Below are positions 12,806 to 24,850 of a stretch of 64,000 nucleotides of DNA, one piece after another. Position 1 is the first letter of the stretch; each line of letters starts with the position of its first letter. The translations under genes and the position numbers were made by a program. The notes below the pieces were generated by a model, which saw only the letters and a program-made list of their open reading frames with translations, did not search any database and had not been told where the DNA came from. The DNA comes from Laetmonice hystrix (taxonomy: Eukaryota). The DNA is taken from positions 3,164,001 to 3,228,000 of the forward strand of contig OZ249436.1 in the NCBI GenBank assembly GCA_965235115.1, given 5' to 3'.

Positions 12806-14145
12806 CATGAGATCATACTGACATCATAATGATTGCGACTTCACAACTGTGAGGAAAAAGTGACCTCACTGTGATCTCAGCGTTAGCTCACTTCAGGATT
12901 TAGCTAGGCCTATGGCAAATTGTCCCTTTGTGTATTCTGAATACACAATCACATTCCTCCAACCCCTCCCTGACTGGGAGTAAAATATAGGGCGCAAGAA
13001 GACGGCTTAATATCATCAGTGTTGTTTTATTCCGCTGTCCTCCAATATAAGATTCAAGAATATAATATATTAGACAGTATATATTAAGTACCTACAGTTT
13101 TATATAAATACAAATGCCCAGCTATTCAATTAAGTCTTTTCCCAGCACAAGGGTCCATCAACATCAACCCATCCTGACTGGGGGGGATGGGGCAGTCACC
13201 GCCCGACCTTATCAGCAGCACTTATCAGCAGCAGTTACGTAATGCTGCCAACACCGGGCAGGGAGGGGCGGCCGGCCATGCACAGCGGGTGGTTTGTGTA
13301 TTGAGAGATGCCAACCGTCAGTGTAAAAATATTATTCTTATCCATTAAAACTTACAATTCTGGCCAGATTACCTTTCCAAAAAAAAGAACTAAACAATCA
13401 GTGGTATACCTGAATCTATAGACTTGGTAATTGTTGTATTTGTATGTGGCTACCTTAAACCCGTTTCAAGGTAGAGCCAATGTCAAAGTCAGATTAGATA
13501 TTTCATCATAAATTAAAAAGTCTTGGTAAATTTATGAAAAGAATTATGCAAAGTGATCAATCGTCAATAGCAGCACATATCTAATGACCAAATCCACGAT
13601 TCCTATATCACTGAAGCAGTTTTAGGATAAAATGTCAAAAGTGAAAAACTTCAAAGTCACGTGGTTCGGCGAAAATAGGTCATATTGCTTATTCCCTGCT
13701 CCCTCAAAGAAACCTCCCTTCAGAAGGCCTGTCCACCAAATATTATCATATTTTCTCAAAAAATGGCAGAGGAGATACGATTTGAGCACATTCGGTTATG
13801 TGACCTACTTTACCATGACATCAAAGGTCAAAGGTCAAAATAATGAAGATTGGTAAAAAGGGTCTATGCCCGATTATTAGGCTATGAAAGGTTTTGGGAA
13901 ACTATGGATTATGACTTCAAGAAATGCCTATGAGTTTAAAATGCAAAAATACGTCATGACGTCATGACGTGACGTCGTATGACGAAATAATTACAAAGGT
14001 CGATTCTCTCTACCATGCCGGGTGAATGTCCCTGCCAAGTTTCATTTGGATATCTTTATCAATGACTGAGATACACGTGCAAATGCAACTACTCCAACTA
14101 CAGGAATAATACGGAAGACGAAACCATAGGCCCTACAACTTTAAG

Positions 14146-14174
14146 ATCCCATCCCCCTCCATGGGGGATGGGAT
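14146..14174. other. 12-bp stem-loop, possibly the 3' hairpin of a Helitron/Helentron-derived element extending upstream
   Basis: ATCCCATCCCCC-TCCAT-GGGGGATGGGAT followed by AAT; element assignment is inference only. Confidence 0.35.
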
Positions 14175-14214
14175 AATTACATGTACACAGCGTTTCAGTG
14201 TGCAACCCGGCCAG

Positions 14215-14289
14215 TAAGCTGGTTCCCGGGTCCCTCGCTAGGTGGCTCGACCATAGAGCCACCTAGTGAGGGAGCCGGGAACCAGCTTA
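14215..14289. mobile_element. 75-bp palindromic MITE with 9-bp TSD
   Basis: TAAGCTGGTTCCCGG...CCGGGAACCAGCTTA near-perfect hairpin; flanks CCCGGCCAG / CCCGGCAAG (8/9 match). Confidence 0.65.
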
Positions 14290-14331
14290 CCCGGCAAGTA
14301 GCTAGCCGGGTCCCCAGCTCTATATTAACTT

Positions 14332-16479
14332 CAGGGGGGGGGGGGGGGGTATCCACGTTCGCAGCGCCATCTAGGTCGAGCGATAATAGAGAACCAAAAC
14401 AATGCGGCCGAGACGACTCAAAGTAAAATCGAGTGCTTTGACAAAAATGCTGTCTATACGTTAAAACGTAATCAATTTGCCAAATTCGAGTTAGAGTCGC
14501 TTACACAGTAGTATCTTCTTTCTAATTATATCAGATTTGTGAGCTTTTGTGCTCTAAAAATATATATTCAACCAATTCATCGGACGTCGTCCGCCATTCT
14601 GCCATGACTGATAAATTGGAACTAGTGCACTTTAGGGGTCCCCATTTCATGGCGCTAAATTAGAACGTTTACTGGTTGTCAAGGCCATATATATATATGA
14701 AGGCCGCCATGCGGCCAGTCAAAATGTTCCAGAGACGTTTTAGAGCCTTCTAGAGGTCATTTTTGAATTTGCCATGACAAAGTATGGTTAATAGGAACTA
14801 TTAACCTGGAATTGAAGCAATAGTACGTACGTTGCGTGTGAAAGTTAGTCTTGGCTGCTGAAAAAATGCGAGATGATGTCTTGGCTGCCGGAACTATTTG
14901 CACCACTTGTCACTCTGGCGGTGGCCTGCGCCTGCTCGCCCCGCCTCTGTCTGCCTAGCCCTAGACATGTATCAAGCTAGTTCTAGCAGTACTATTCTGG
15001 CTTAGAACCTGGCCTACGTAGAACGAGACGTGTTGACAATCGCAAACGTCAAAAATGATTGTTTATAGGCCTAACAGGTTACTTCTATAATACGTGTCTA
15101 TCTGACCTAGAAATCATAGGCTGCTAGTGCTATGCTGAACTAGTGAAAGTGTAGATTATCCCAGGCAGCATTGGCAGGCAAAGGGCAAGACAAAGACGTG
15201 GGGGAAATCCCCCACACCCCCTCTCTTTGACCTCACGTAGGCCTAAGCCGGTGGGGGAAACCCCCACACCCCCATTACATATTTTAAGGCCTTCTAGTCC
15301 TAGTCCTAGTCTAGACAGGCAAAGAGAAGGCCTATGCCAGGCTATGGCTATGCTAAACACGACCGTCAAACAGGCAGGCACAACAGGCAGTGGAGCCTGC
15401 TTCAGCACTTGGGGCAGTTTTGACAAATAGTTTTAATTATGAGGTGTGGGATGTTCCCAAATCCTATAATAGTTATATACATGTCTTTTCTACAGAAAAT
15501 GAGCACATTTTAATTTGTTTGAGAGCTGCAAATTACTTTACTATGAAGAAATAGTCCCAAGTCATGAATGGCGTAGGAATATTCTGACATTTTAAACCGC
15601 CATGTTGGATTTAAACCACATCGGGTTTCTTGGCAGTGGAATTGAATGCTGAGCACCTGTTATTAGGATGTTTCTGACCAGTCTGGAAGAGTAGGTTAGT
15701 GTGATAGCGTGTAAGAATAACCTGGGTCGAATTTGGAAGTGTATCTGTCAGTTTAACTGGCATAAATTCCAGTCGAAAAAGTCGAAGCGACGATCGTTGG
15801 ACAGTAAAAGGGGCGGGGCCGTTGCTAAGAAAAATTCCTTTGGAATGCATGACGTGATTTTCGATTTGGCGGGACTTGGGGACCCCTAAAGTGCACTCTA
15901 CCCGATAAATTGCTAAAAAATGGTTAACTTTAGACGCTGACCATACGTTAACTAGACGAGCGTTAAAAAATCAGTTACCACCGTTGGAAAGCTCATCATT
16001 TTTTGTATCTAATTCTTCAACCCCGCTCGCAAGCGCTCCAAGATTTCTGTGTCATTAGAGCACTTTTTGGTAGTCTGTCTTTGCCACTGGTATCGGAGAG
16101 ACGGCCAGGGATGTCCGGCTAGTACTCGCGTCGAGTCGCGGTAAGCACCCGGGCTCGAGTCGCTGTCAGTGTCAGCCGACAATCAACTCGTAATTTTTCA
16201 TACACTGCGCCAGGAATCGTTATCAAACTTACCACCCACAAAGGCTCAAATATGTTCTAAAGCTATAGGAGCATGTTTTTTAATACCTCAGACTGGTAAA
16301 ATTGTTAAAAAACGAGTGAAGGCTAGATCCTGTCCGACGCGTGAACATGGCTGCAGGGCGCACGGGAGTGCCGGCTCACGCTCAGCTCGAGTCCCGCTTG
16401 GTACTGGCACGCTCGGTCTCTGCGACCGCTATTATGTTTGGTCGTATAGAGGGCGCTGCGAACGTGGACACCCCCCCTG
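14332..16479. mobile_element. Non-autonomous TIR DNA transposon with 9-bp TSD (Mutator-like TSD length)
   Basis: CAG(G)nTATCCACGTTCGCAGCGCC...GGCGCTGCGAACGTGGACAC(C)nTG; perfect TSD TATTAACTT at 14323-14331 and 16480-16488. Confidence 0.75.
14624..15897. mobile_element. Nested non-autonomous TIR element (~1.27 kb)
   Basis: Perfect 21-bp TIR AGTGCACTTTAGGGGTCCCCA / TGGGGACCCCTAAAGTGCACT; possible 2-bp TSD CT. Confidence 0.65.
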
Positions 16480-17304
16480 TATTAACTTCGTATATAGGCT
16501 ATAGCCTGGTGACGGCCAATCGAAGCAAGCGTTGTGATTCGCCCATTAAAAACATGGACGCAAACGAGGTATAGTTCCGTACCCTCCGTATTTCTCCAAC
16601 AAGACACAAATATTTTCGTCCATCCCTTTAAAATACAAGTGTTAAATGTCCTCGCTTTTCTGGATGTAAACATAGCGTCAGCAGTCCCCATACCTGCTAC
16701 GGTCTGCATACGCAGGGGTATGTTGCTATTGTTGGCCACTCCCGGCCACTCTCCAAGCAGAAGTCAATCACTCTGTTAACGCTGACCAACGGACCGGAGG
16801 CGGAAGTGATTAGCTCCGAGGCGGAAGTGCTTGGAGCTCACCACTTCCGTTTTACAGCTTTCTGTTAGCCATCACCGGGCCTAACATCAAGCGGATGCGT
16901 ATGGTAAGGCACCGGGGACCAGGCTAGCAAGTAGCCATCTGATGCACTGCCGCCATCTACCGGCTAGCGTCATTACTGTCTCCTTAGTTTGGTTCCCACT
17001 TTCTCCGCTAGGGCTATTTGCGCGTTGCCACCTCCTTTGCCCCCAGAACAGAGATGAACAAATCTGTGCCACCTTTACCGATAGGGGGCAGCACCTACCA
17101 TCGTCGATACTTGTGTAACACTGTACACTCCCCTTTCTTATGGTTTATCAGTTTATAATTGTCCCATGAGAAAGTAAGTCATTCTATAACTCGATCTTAA
17201 TTATGTTAAATAATGTATATTTCAGGAAAACCTTACTTAAAATTATATACCCATGCGAAAAATATATATACCAAGCATAACTATGAGTAGCGGTACAGAA
17301 AACA

Positions 17305-17320
17305 CCACTGTGACGTATCT
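17305..17320 (+). promoter_or_regulatory. Putative snRNA proximal sequence element (PSE)
   Basis: CCACTGTGACG, resembling the TCACCNTNA(C/G) PSE core, about 55 nt upstream of the U11 start. Confidence 0.5.
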
Positions 17321-17360
17321 ATCTGCCCGGTACGTATACAAGGATACTGCGATGTTCGGC

Positions 17361-17490
17361 AAAAGGGCCTTTGCCGTGATTGGTACATTGACCTGGCAAC
17401 GGGTCAGTGCGGAATCGCAATCAAGAGATTTCGGAGGCGTAATTTTTAATACCATAGTGGCAGTTGTTGTCCGATCAGACACGACGCCCG
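17361..17490 (+). ncRNA. RNU11: U11 minor spliceosomal snRNA
   Basis: 5' AAAAGGGC (pairs with the U12-type 5' splice site); SLI GCCGTGATTGGT; SLII CATTGACCTG-GCAA-CGGGTCAGTG; SLIII GCGGAATCG..ATCAAGAGATTTCGGA; Sm-like AATTTTT at 17441; 3' hairpin GGCAGTTGTTGTC...GACACGACGCCC. Colinear with human U11 as recalled. Confidence 0.9.
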
Positions 17491-17990
17491 AATAATGAAA
17501 TCGAAAGAAAGAGTTCAGAATCGTTACTCCAGACAGGTGGGGGAGAGGATTATTGCAGTACAAGTAACAATTCGACAGAAGAGAGGAAGTTATTCCATCT
17601 GTCTTTCCTGAATAAATATGTGAAGAAAAATATTCAGAGAGAGCCGGGTGCGTTCCTCATCTGTCGTTATCTTGTCGTGCGTTAAAATCCCCATTGAAAA
17701 TACATTGGAGTTAACGATACGACAAGCTAACGACACATGTATAGACCGTTGTATTCCCTGGCATGAAGGCAAGAATAGCGATTCATCTTTTTGAAGGGGG
17801 GAGCGGGAGAAACCAATTAGGCCTAATGTATATACCGGAACGTATCTTTAGAATATTCGACTCGACTATCTGAGATTCCTTTTCCACAAATAGGCCTAGA
17901 TCTAATCATACTCGGAGAGTCATGTTCGACTCTTAAAACGTCGTTAAGACTTAAGTAAGTATCGGGGTGTGTTTAAGGACGCCATGATCT

Positions 17991-18180
17991 CAGGGGCGGA
18001 TCTAGGGTCTATGTTCAGGGGGGGGGGGGGGTCCAGCATAAAAAGGGCAAATCGAGGGGGGTCCGTTGTAAAAACAATAAGGCATTTTGGTTATAAAAAA
18101 ATAAATTTGGCAAATTTGAGGGGGGGGGGGGGGGGGTCCGGACGTCGCCGACAACCCCCCCCCCCCTGGATCCGCCACTG
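17991..18180. mobile_element. MITE, CAGGGGCGGATC family
   Basis: CAGGGGCGGATC...GGATCCGCCACTG; flanks GATCT/GATTT; homologous to 32503-32606. Confidence 0.7.
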
Positions 18181-19678
18181 GATTTTAACAAGTTCAAGGC
18201 TTTTCAAGGCTGATTTCAGCAGATTTTCAAGGCTGCTAATGACAAGATCGGGGGCCGTAGTGACCGTCGCACATTAGTCAATGCTATACCTCTCGCTAGA
18301 TGGCAGGGACTGCATCATGTTATACTTACCACGCCCATAGATAGCGCTACAAGGACTCGACCTCGTGCCGTAATGGTCCCTGAGCCAGTTCTGATAACTT
18401 CATGTGTGTGTCAGGCGGGAGGGTGGGGGGCAAAGTGTACAGGAATTTTTACGTTTTTCGAAAAAATTCAAGGCCAATTTAAAGATTTAAAGATTTTCAA
18501 GGCTATTCCTGGCCTTGAATTTTTCAAATTCAAGGCTTTTCGAGGCCCCTCAGAGACCCTGTATGTTGGAGGAATAAAACAAACCGTATCGGGACACAGC
18601 AGTTCATCTACAAGATAATAGATTACCACAGCTGCCTTCCCTAAATTCGACTTTAGATGATTTTCGTTTTGTCAGAAGATTGCAATTTTTGTAGTAAGAT
18701 TTTGCTTTTTTCTTTTTTAAATTTTTTTTTAATACATTGTATAAAGAAAGCCCTTCGAGGAATATACCATGCACAGTATAGATCTTGGTAAAGTTATGCT
18801 GTAGATATGTGCAAGAAATATTTCTTGATAAAGTGTTTCATATAGAGTAGGAATGTGAAAGAAAAAACAATGTTCAACTTTGTCAGACAGACCGAGACAC
18901 CACAGAAACAAGTCTGAAATTATTTTGGTACACAAGATAGGAGAAAGGAGTGAAAGAAACACTAAACTTATACTGTTACAGGGTCCGTACAGCTTTGGCT
19001 GGAAGAATTTCAACAAATGGGAGTTCAAGACTGATCTGGTTACTGAAACTAAAAACTACAGCTGAAACACTACTTTATTAAATTAACAGGTTTAAGCAGG
19101 AACGTGATAAATTTCCATAACTTTTCCAGAGCCCATGACAAAAAACTTGATTTTCCAAGACTTTCCAGGTCCTGGCAAACACAATGATCACTTTCCAAAA
19201 CCCATACGAACCCTTCAAACAAGCAGTATAATCCATCTGCCAACTAAATATGGGATACGCAGCAGGTTGACGAGGGTATCGGGGCACGAGAGTGGTGGAC
19301 TAGGTTCAATTTGTATCTCCTCGCCAAATAAACATAGGTCAACCTACATAGCCCGTTTTTTTGCACAGGGCCGTTATTTTTTATTTTGCAGGTTATGTGC
19401 TTTTAAAGAAATCAAGGTAACTTCTCAGTTCCCCCCTCCCCCAATATAAAAACTTGGGACACAAACTTTAAAGCTGCACCACACCAACTTCGAAAATAAT
19501 GTACATCTTGGCATGGTAGTTTGTAATAGTCATCATATTGATGAGATTCTTCTAGAGTTTTAATATCAAAAACTCTTAAAATGATATTTAACAGTTAAGG
19601 ACTTTTACTATGCAAGAATTTTAAGAGGAGAACTTAACAAATATAAAAAAGAGAAAACAGTTTTTTCTTTCTTCACAT

Positions 19679-19684
19679 TTTACT
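19679..19684 (-). terminator. Probable RPS14 polyadenylation signal (AGTAAA variant)
   Basis: AGTAAA about 42 nt after the RPS14 stop codon on the minus strand. Confidence 0.45.
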
Positions 19685-19726
19685 GCGCTCATAGATCTTA
19701 CATAGGATAATGTCACAAGCCACAAT

Positions 19727-19825
<99 letters not shown>

Positions 19826-20349
19826 TTATCTGAAGTTAGTTTAGCAGGTGTTTACATAGTACTCTCTGTTCATGGCTAAACAGAAACCCTCTTTCAAATT
19901 ATTATCAGGATAATTTAAAAAAAAACAGTGCTCAAACATATCAAGCACTTAGCCACAAAAGTTACTAGAAAATTAGACACTATTTGATGTTGTGTATAGG
20001 GCTAGCAAACATAACTGCCTTATCTGCTCATTTGCATCATTGTATGTACAAATACATTGTACAACAATACAGCATGAGAGACAAACTATTGCTACTTGAA
20101 CCCTAATCAATACTTTAGTGACCTTTACACCTAGTACACATGCGACTTATGTTGGTATGTCAGAGTGGGAAAGTGATTGTTGCCCAGAGACAGAGGACAA
20201 AAACCAAAAGATGCTCTTCTTTCTCTTGCACCCACATGAAAGTTCAAACTCATTGTATAGGAGAAGGAACAGCAGGAGAGTGCCTTAACATAATTACAAC
20301 ATTCAACTATGATCAGACAATGATGAAACAAGGTAAACTGTTTATATCA

Positions 20350-20757
<408 letters not shown>

Positions 20758-20864
20758 CTATTCTACAGCAATTGTCACTTTCACTAACTGTTTTGAAAAC
20801 TCTAGGCAACCTAAAGCATCTCTTTCCCAGGTAAGCTATTATCTGATAATTGTTCAGCTTCTTT

Positions 20865-21163
20865 CACGATAATACACAATATATAATCCAGGACCCTCAC
20901 GATAATACACAATATATAATCCAGGACACTCACGATAATACACAATATATAATCCAGGACACTCACGATAATACACAATATATAATCCAGGACACTCACG
21001 ATAATACACAATATATAATCCAGGACACTCACGATAATACACAATATATAATCCAGGACACTCACGATAATACACAATATATAATCCAGGACACTCACGA
21101 TAATACACAATATATAATCCAGGACCCTCACAATAATACACAATATATAATCCAGGACCCTCA
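20865..21163. repeat. Minisatellite, 33-bp unit x9, in RPS14 intron
   Basis: CACGATAATACACAATATATAATCCAGGACACT repeated. Confidence 0.95.
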
Positions 21164-21410
21164 CTTGCTTTCAAAACTGATTAACCAATAACCTAGGTGC
21201 TTTGTTTTTTATCCACTACCATTTGCAAGAAATTTACCAATATGGATTTTATCTAGCCAATTTGACAAACTAATAGCCATGGGCCACGGAATAGTATGGG
21301 CCTTGATAATCTTTTGGACATGCAGAAAATGAATATTTATAGCCGTCAACGTGTCAATGGTTTGCAAGGGCAAAGACCTGCCAGAGGTGAGACAAATAAT
21401 ATGTACTTAC

Positions 21411-21559
21411 TTTCCAGAGAGATCAGTGACGTGAACAAAGGTATCATTGAAGCTAGCATAGATGTGAGCGACACCGAATACGTTCTCGCCATCTACAACC
21501 TGGGGGCCGAGCGACACCTGCTCCTCTTGCTTCACAGCCTTCCCTTTACGTGGTGCCAT
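21411..21559 (-). CDS. RPS14: 40S ribosomal protein S14, first coding exon
   Basis: [49 protein letters not shown](K); acceptor AG at 21566-21567, donor GTAAGT at 21410. Confidence 0.98.
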
Positions 21560-22271
21560 CTTGGCCTGCAAACAGAAATTAATGTAGATTATGAAACATT
21601 TGCCGCCATGATATGACTTGCTGGATAATTGTAAAGTTGTAATTCTAAACATAAATTCTGACCAGACAGTGCAGACACCAACACATTCCTCAACCTCCCC
21701 AGGGAGAAACTTCACCTTGCATTGCATGTGATGATGCCTTGAATGCCTTAACTTACATCATGTCACAAATTCAAGGGTTTTTGAAAGGATTAATCTGATT
21801 TATGGGTTGCTTATGGATAAATTTACCAAAAAATTCCTTCCCAATTCCCGGTCTGTTCAATCAGAGGGCTGCTTCAATGCTGAGCGATAATAAGGGATAT
21901 CAAAATTAATGCACGTTTTAATTTTGTCAGGTAGGCCTATCAAAACACAACAAAATCAATAGGAGAACACTGGCATCATGCCAAAGTCCCATACAGGGAG
22001 GCACCAATAAGACTTCAAAAAAATCTCCTAGTTTAGTCTATATCGTTGTCAAATATCTTGACAACATGGCACTGCATGGTTTGTCATCAGCAATGAGACA
22101 TGTCACAGTAAACAAACATCTGTAGGACAAAGTATAGAACAATAACTGAAAATTCACCTTCAAATCGACTCTGGAGATATGAGGTATACGAACACTCTAG
22201 TTCAGTAATATTTTGTTCATGCGTTATCGTCCGATGGACACTGATTTTATTCTATTCCATAAACATCTTAC

Positions 22272-22300
22272 CTACTGGAAATATGGCTTCCGGAAAAGAG
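22272..22300 (-). other. RPS14: RPS14 non-coding exon 1 beginning with a 5'TOP tract
   Basis: Minus strand C-CTCTTTTCCGGAAGCCATATTTCCAGTAG|GTAAG: TCT initiator/TOP, ETS and YY1-like motifs, strong donor. Confidence 0.8.
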
Positions 22301-22657
22301 GTCGGTCTCGTTCCCAGCGAGTAAGCACGAGACTACGGAGAAAACCGGAAGGTGCCGAGTGTTTCCGAGTGCTTTTGTTATTGTTGTGCGGGAACAAGCA
22401 TGCCCAGTGTATACGGTCCGGATTTTTATCCAGATTTTCAGACTTGTGTGATCAAATGCTAAAATGATCATGTAGGTGTTTACTGGAAAGTCTTAGCTAC
22501 ACAAAATACCGAGGATAGCGGCCCTCCAGCCGAATTTTCGTGAGAAAATCGGCTGAGGCCGGCGACCGATTGTAAGGTTGACTGTCCTCGGTGCAACGAG
22601 AAAATCCTGAATTTCAGGTGTTGCAAATTCTGTTTGTGTAGTGACTACTCGTGAAAG
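22280..22657. promoter_or_regulatory. Bidirectional promoter region RPS14/ZSWIM8
   Basis: Inferred RPS14 TSS ~22300 (-) and ZSWIM8 ATG 22658 (+); CpG-rich; CCGGAAG ETS motifs at ~22288 and ~22345. Confidence 0.7.
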
Positions 22658-22841
22658 ATGGACTTTATGTTTGACTGGGAAGCGGAGGGAGATAGATTTT
22701 CTTTTGAGGATAGCGACAGATTTGAAGAAGACTCCCTGTGTTCATGGATTAGCGAGCCTGAAAGTCTTTGCAACAACTGGAGGGGCTGGCGAAAGCAAAA
22801 TGGAGGACCGCCTGGTTCAGTATCGTCGACGGGTCGATGCG
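22658..22841 (+). CDS. ZSWIM8: Zinc finger SWIM domain protein 8, coding exon 1
   Basis: MDFMFDWEAEGDRFSFEDSDRFEEDSLCSWISEPESLCNNWRGWRKQ, the characteristic ZSWIM8 N-terminus; donor G|GTAAGT. Confidence 0.95.
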
Positions 22842-24524
22842 GTAAGTCAGAGTTTTCTTTCTATTCTCCCACGATTTTACCGTTAACTTCGAGGCGAGCG
22901 TGTTGGGCACATATTGGTGTTTATTTTGGGGTGTCTTTTTATAGCTTAGCGTGTGCTTTGTTTGCTCATTGTATGAAAGAATAAGGAGGTCAGCTGTTTT
23001 AGCGGCAGTGCCAGGTGGCTGTCACTGTCAGTCAGTGGCCCACAGCCCACACTGCCGCCCGTACCTTTCCCGTTCGCCTCGCTCAACTCATTCCAGTCGC
23101 TTTCAGAATTTATGAATAAAAAACAATATTTATCTCGATTCTATAATATAAGGGTGTAGCCTACACTTAGTGTACTGAATGACCTGTTTCCAGTAAGCTA
23201 GATTTGAGGGTGTAGGTCGTCCTGCGGACGGCAGCTGGGCGGCGGTTTGAGTAGGGCCACCTCGACCGCCACCGCTCGGGTTACGCCGCGAATACATGTT
23301 CGGGTTAATATGACCCAGTATGATCAGCTGATTACAGGAGGGCCATGGTTTTGAGACGGTGCCCTTGAGACGCTTGTCCCAGCTAAAGTAGAGCTTTGTT
23401 CTTTGTGTATACCGTTCAATTAGCACCAGAATGATGGGAGGGATTGGATGTGTACTAAACTAAAGCAGGGGCAGCACACTATCACCATCTGTTGCACCGC
23501 GTTTGTACTGACGCCGGTCACTGTCGGCGACGACCCGTTGAACAGTGGGGACGGGGACTATGGACATCTCGTCCACTACACAAAGTGACAATGGGCTCTG
23601 CCATTGACAGGGCGGGTCACAGTCAGCGGTCGGGTACATTGGTGACATGCACATAGCCTGAGCCGCCCCCCCCCCCCACACCGTGTGAATAGGCTTGGGT
23701 CAGTGTGTTGGGTTCATTCCCCTTTGGCATTGTGATTGAAGTTGAACTTTCTTACTTTGAAGTCTGGAGTGGAGGTTATAGCTAGGTTTGAAAGTTTGGA
23801 AGTCATTGGCACTGCCTCTTTGAAACTATAGACTTCACAGTCATGTTGTATAAATAAATAGACTAAACGCTGGCAGAACATTCAGGGACATTTGGTTAAC
23901 CATATCTTCCCGGAAATCCTGCCCAAATAGTTATCAAGGTATTAAACTTTAAATTCTGAGTGCAGTTAATGAAAAAATGGGCACAGCATATTAGCAAGTG
24001 TATTTCACAGTAATTCGTAAAAAAAAACAGTGCAAGGTGTATTTTTTGCACTGAACGATATGACCTTTCTAGCCTACTTTCTTTTTTTTGGTACAACTTT
24101 TGTCATTTAAACTGCATGCTGTCACTATTTTGTTCTAAAGAACAGCCCATCTACATGTTTAAAGCCAGGGGAGAGACGTCACCCATCAGACATGATTCCA
24201 TTGTGAACAGTGCCATCCAGGGAAAGGTTACTATCAGATTCAGAGACCTCCACAGACAGTGTGTGCACCCACTTAGATTGGTTTCTCTAGGTGGGTGACC
24301 TTGCCTAGATCAAACACTCTCAGTCTGACTTGACACACATTGAGTGGATTAGATCCTGGCCTGCCATGGCTGCTCAGTTAACACCTTTGGTCAGAGGGAA
24401 GGGGCTAGGGAACTCGGGCAGTCCTTGTTGTTTTTCGAGGCGGTTTTTGGAACCTCTGTTTGTAGTTTCTTGTGGAATATGGTCTGTAAAATGGGCTCAT
24501 TTCATGGTGAGGTAAATTATATAA

Positions 24525-24850
24525 ACAGTGGCAGAAATTTAAATCAAGATTTAAACCATGGCAGAAATTTAGTTTAATTTAACCATGGCAGAAATATAGT
24601 TTAAATTTTTTTTTCCAAATCCGAAATAACTGTCGTTCAAGGTTGCATCCTCGGGCTGATAAGATCGCTTTTGCCTCGTCTCACATACAGAAATATAGTT
24701 TAATTTAAACCATGGCAGAAATATAGTTTAATTTATACCATGGCAGAAATATTGTTTGATTTAAACCATGGCAGAAATTTAGTTGATTTAAACCATGGCA
24801 GAACTCTAGTTTGATTTAAACCATGGCAGAAATCTAGTTTTTTTAAACCC
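24525..24850. repeat. Minisatellite, 27-28-bp unit (TTTAAACCATGGCAGAAATTTAG), with an ~83-bp interruption
   Basis: Direct inspection; also repeated at 25369-25465. Confidence 0.8.
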
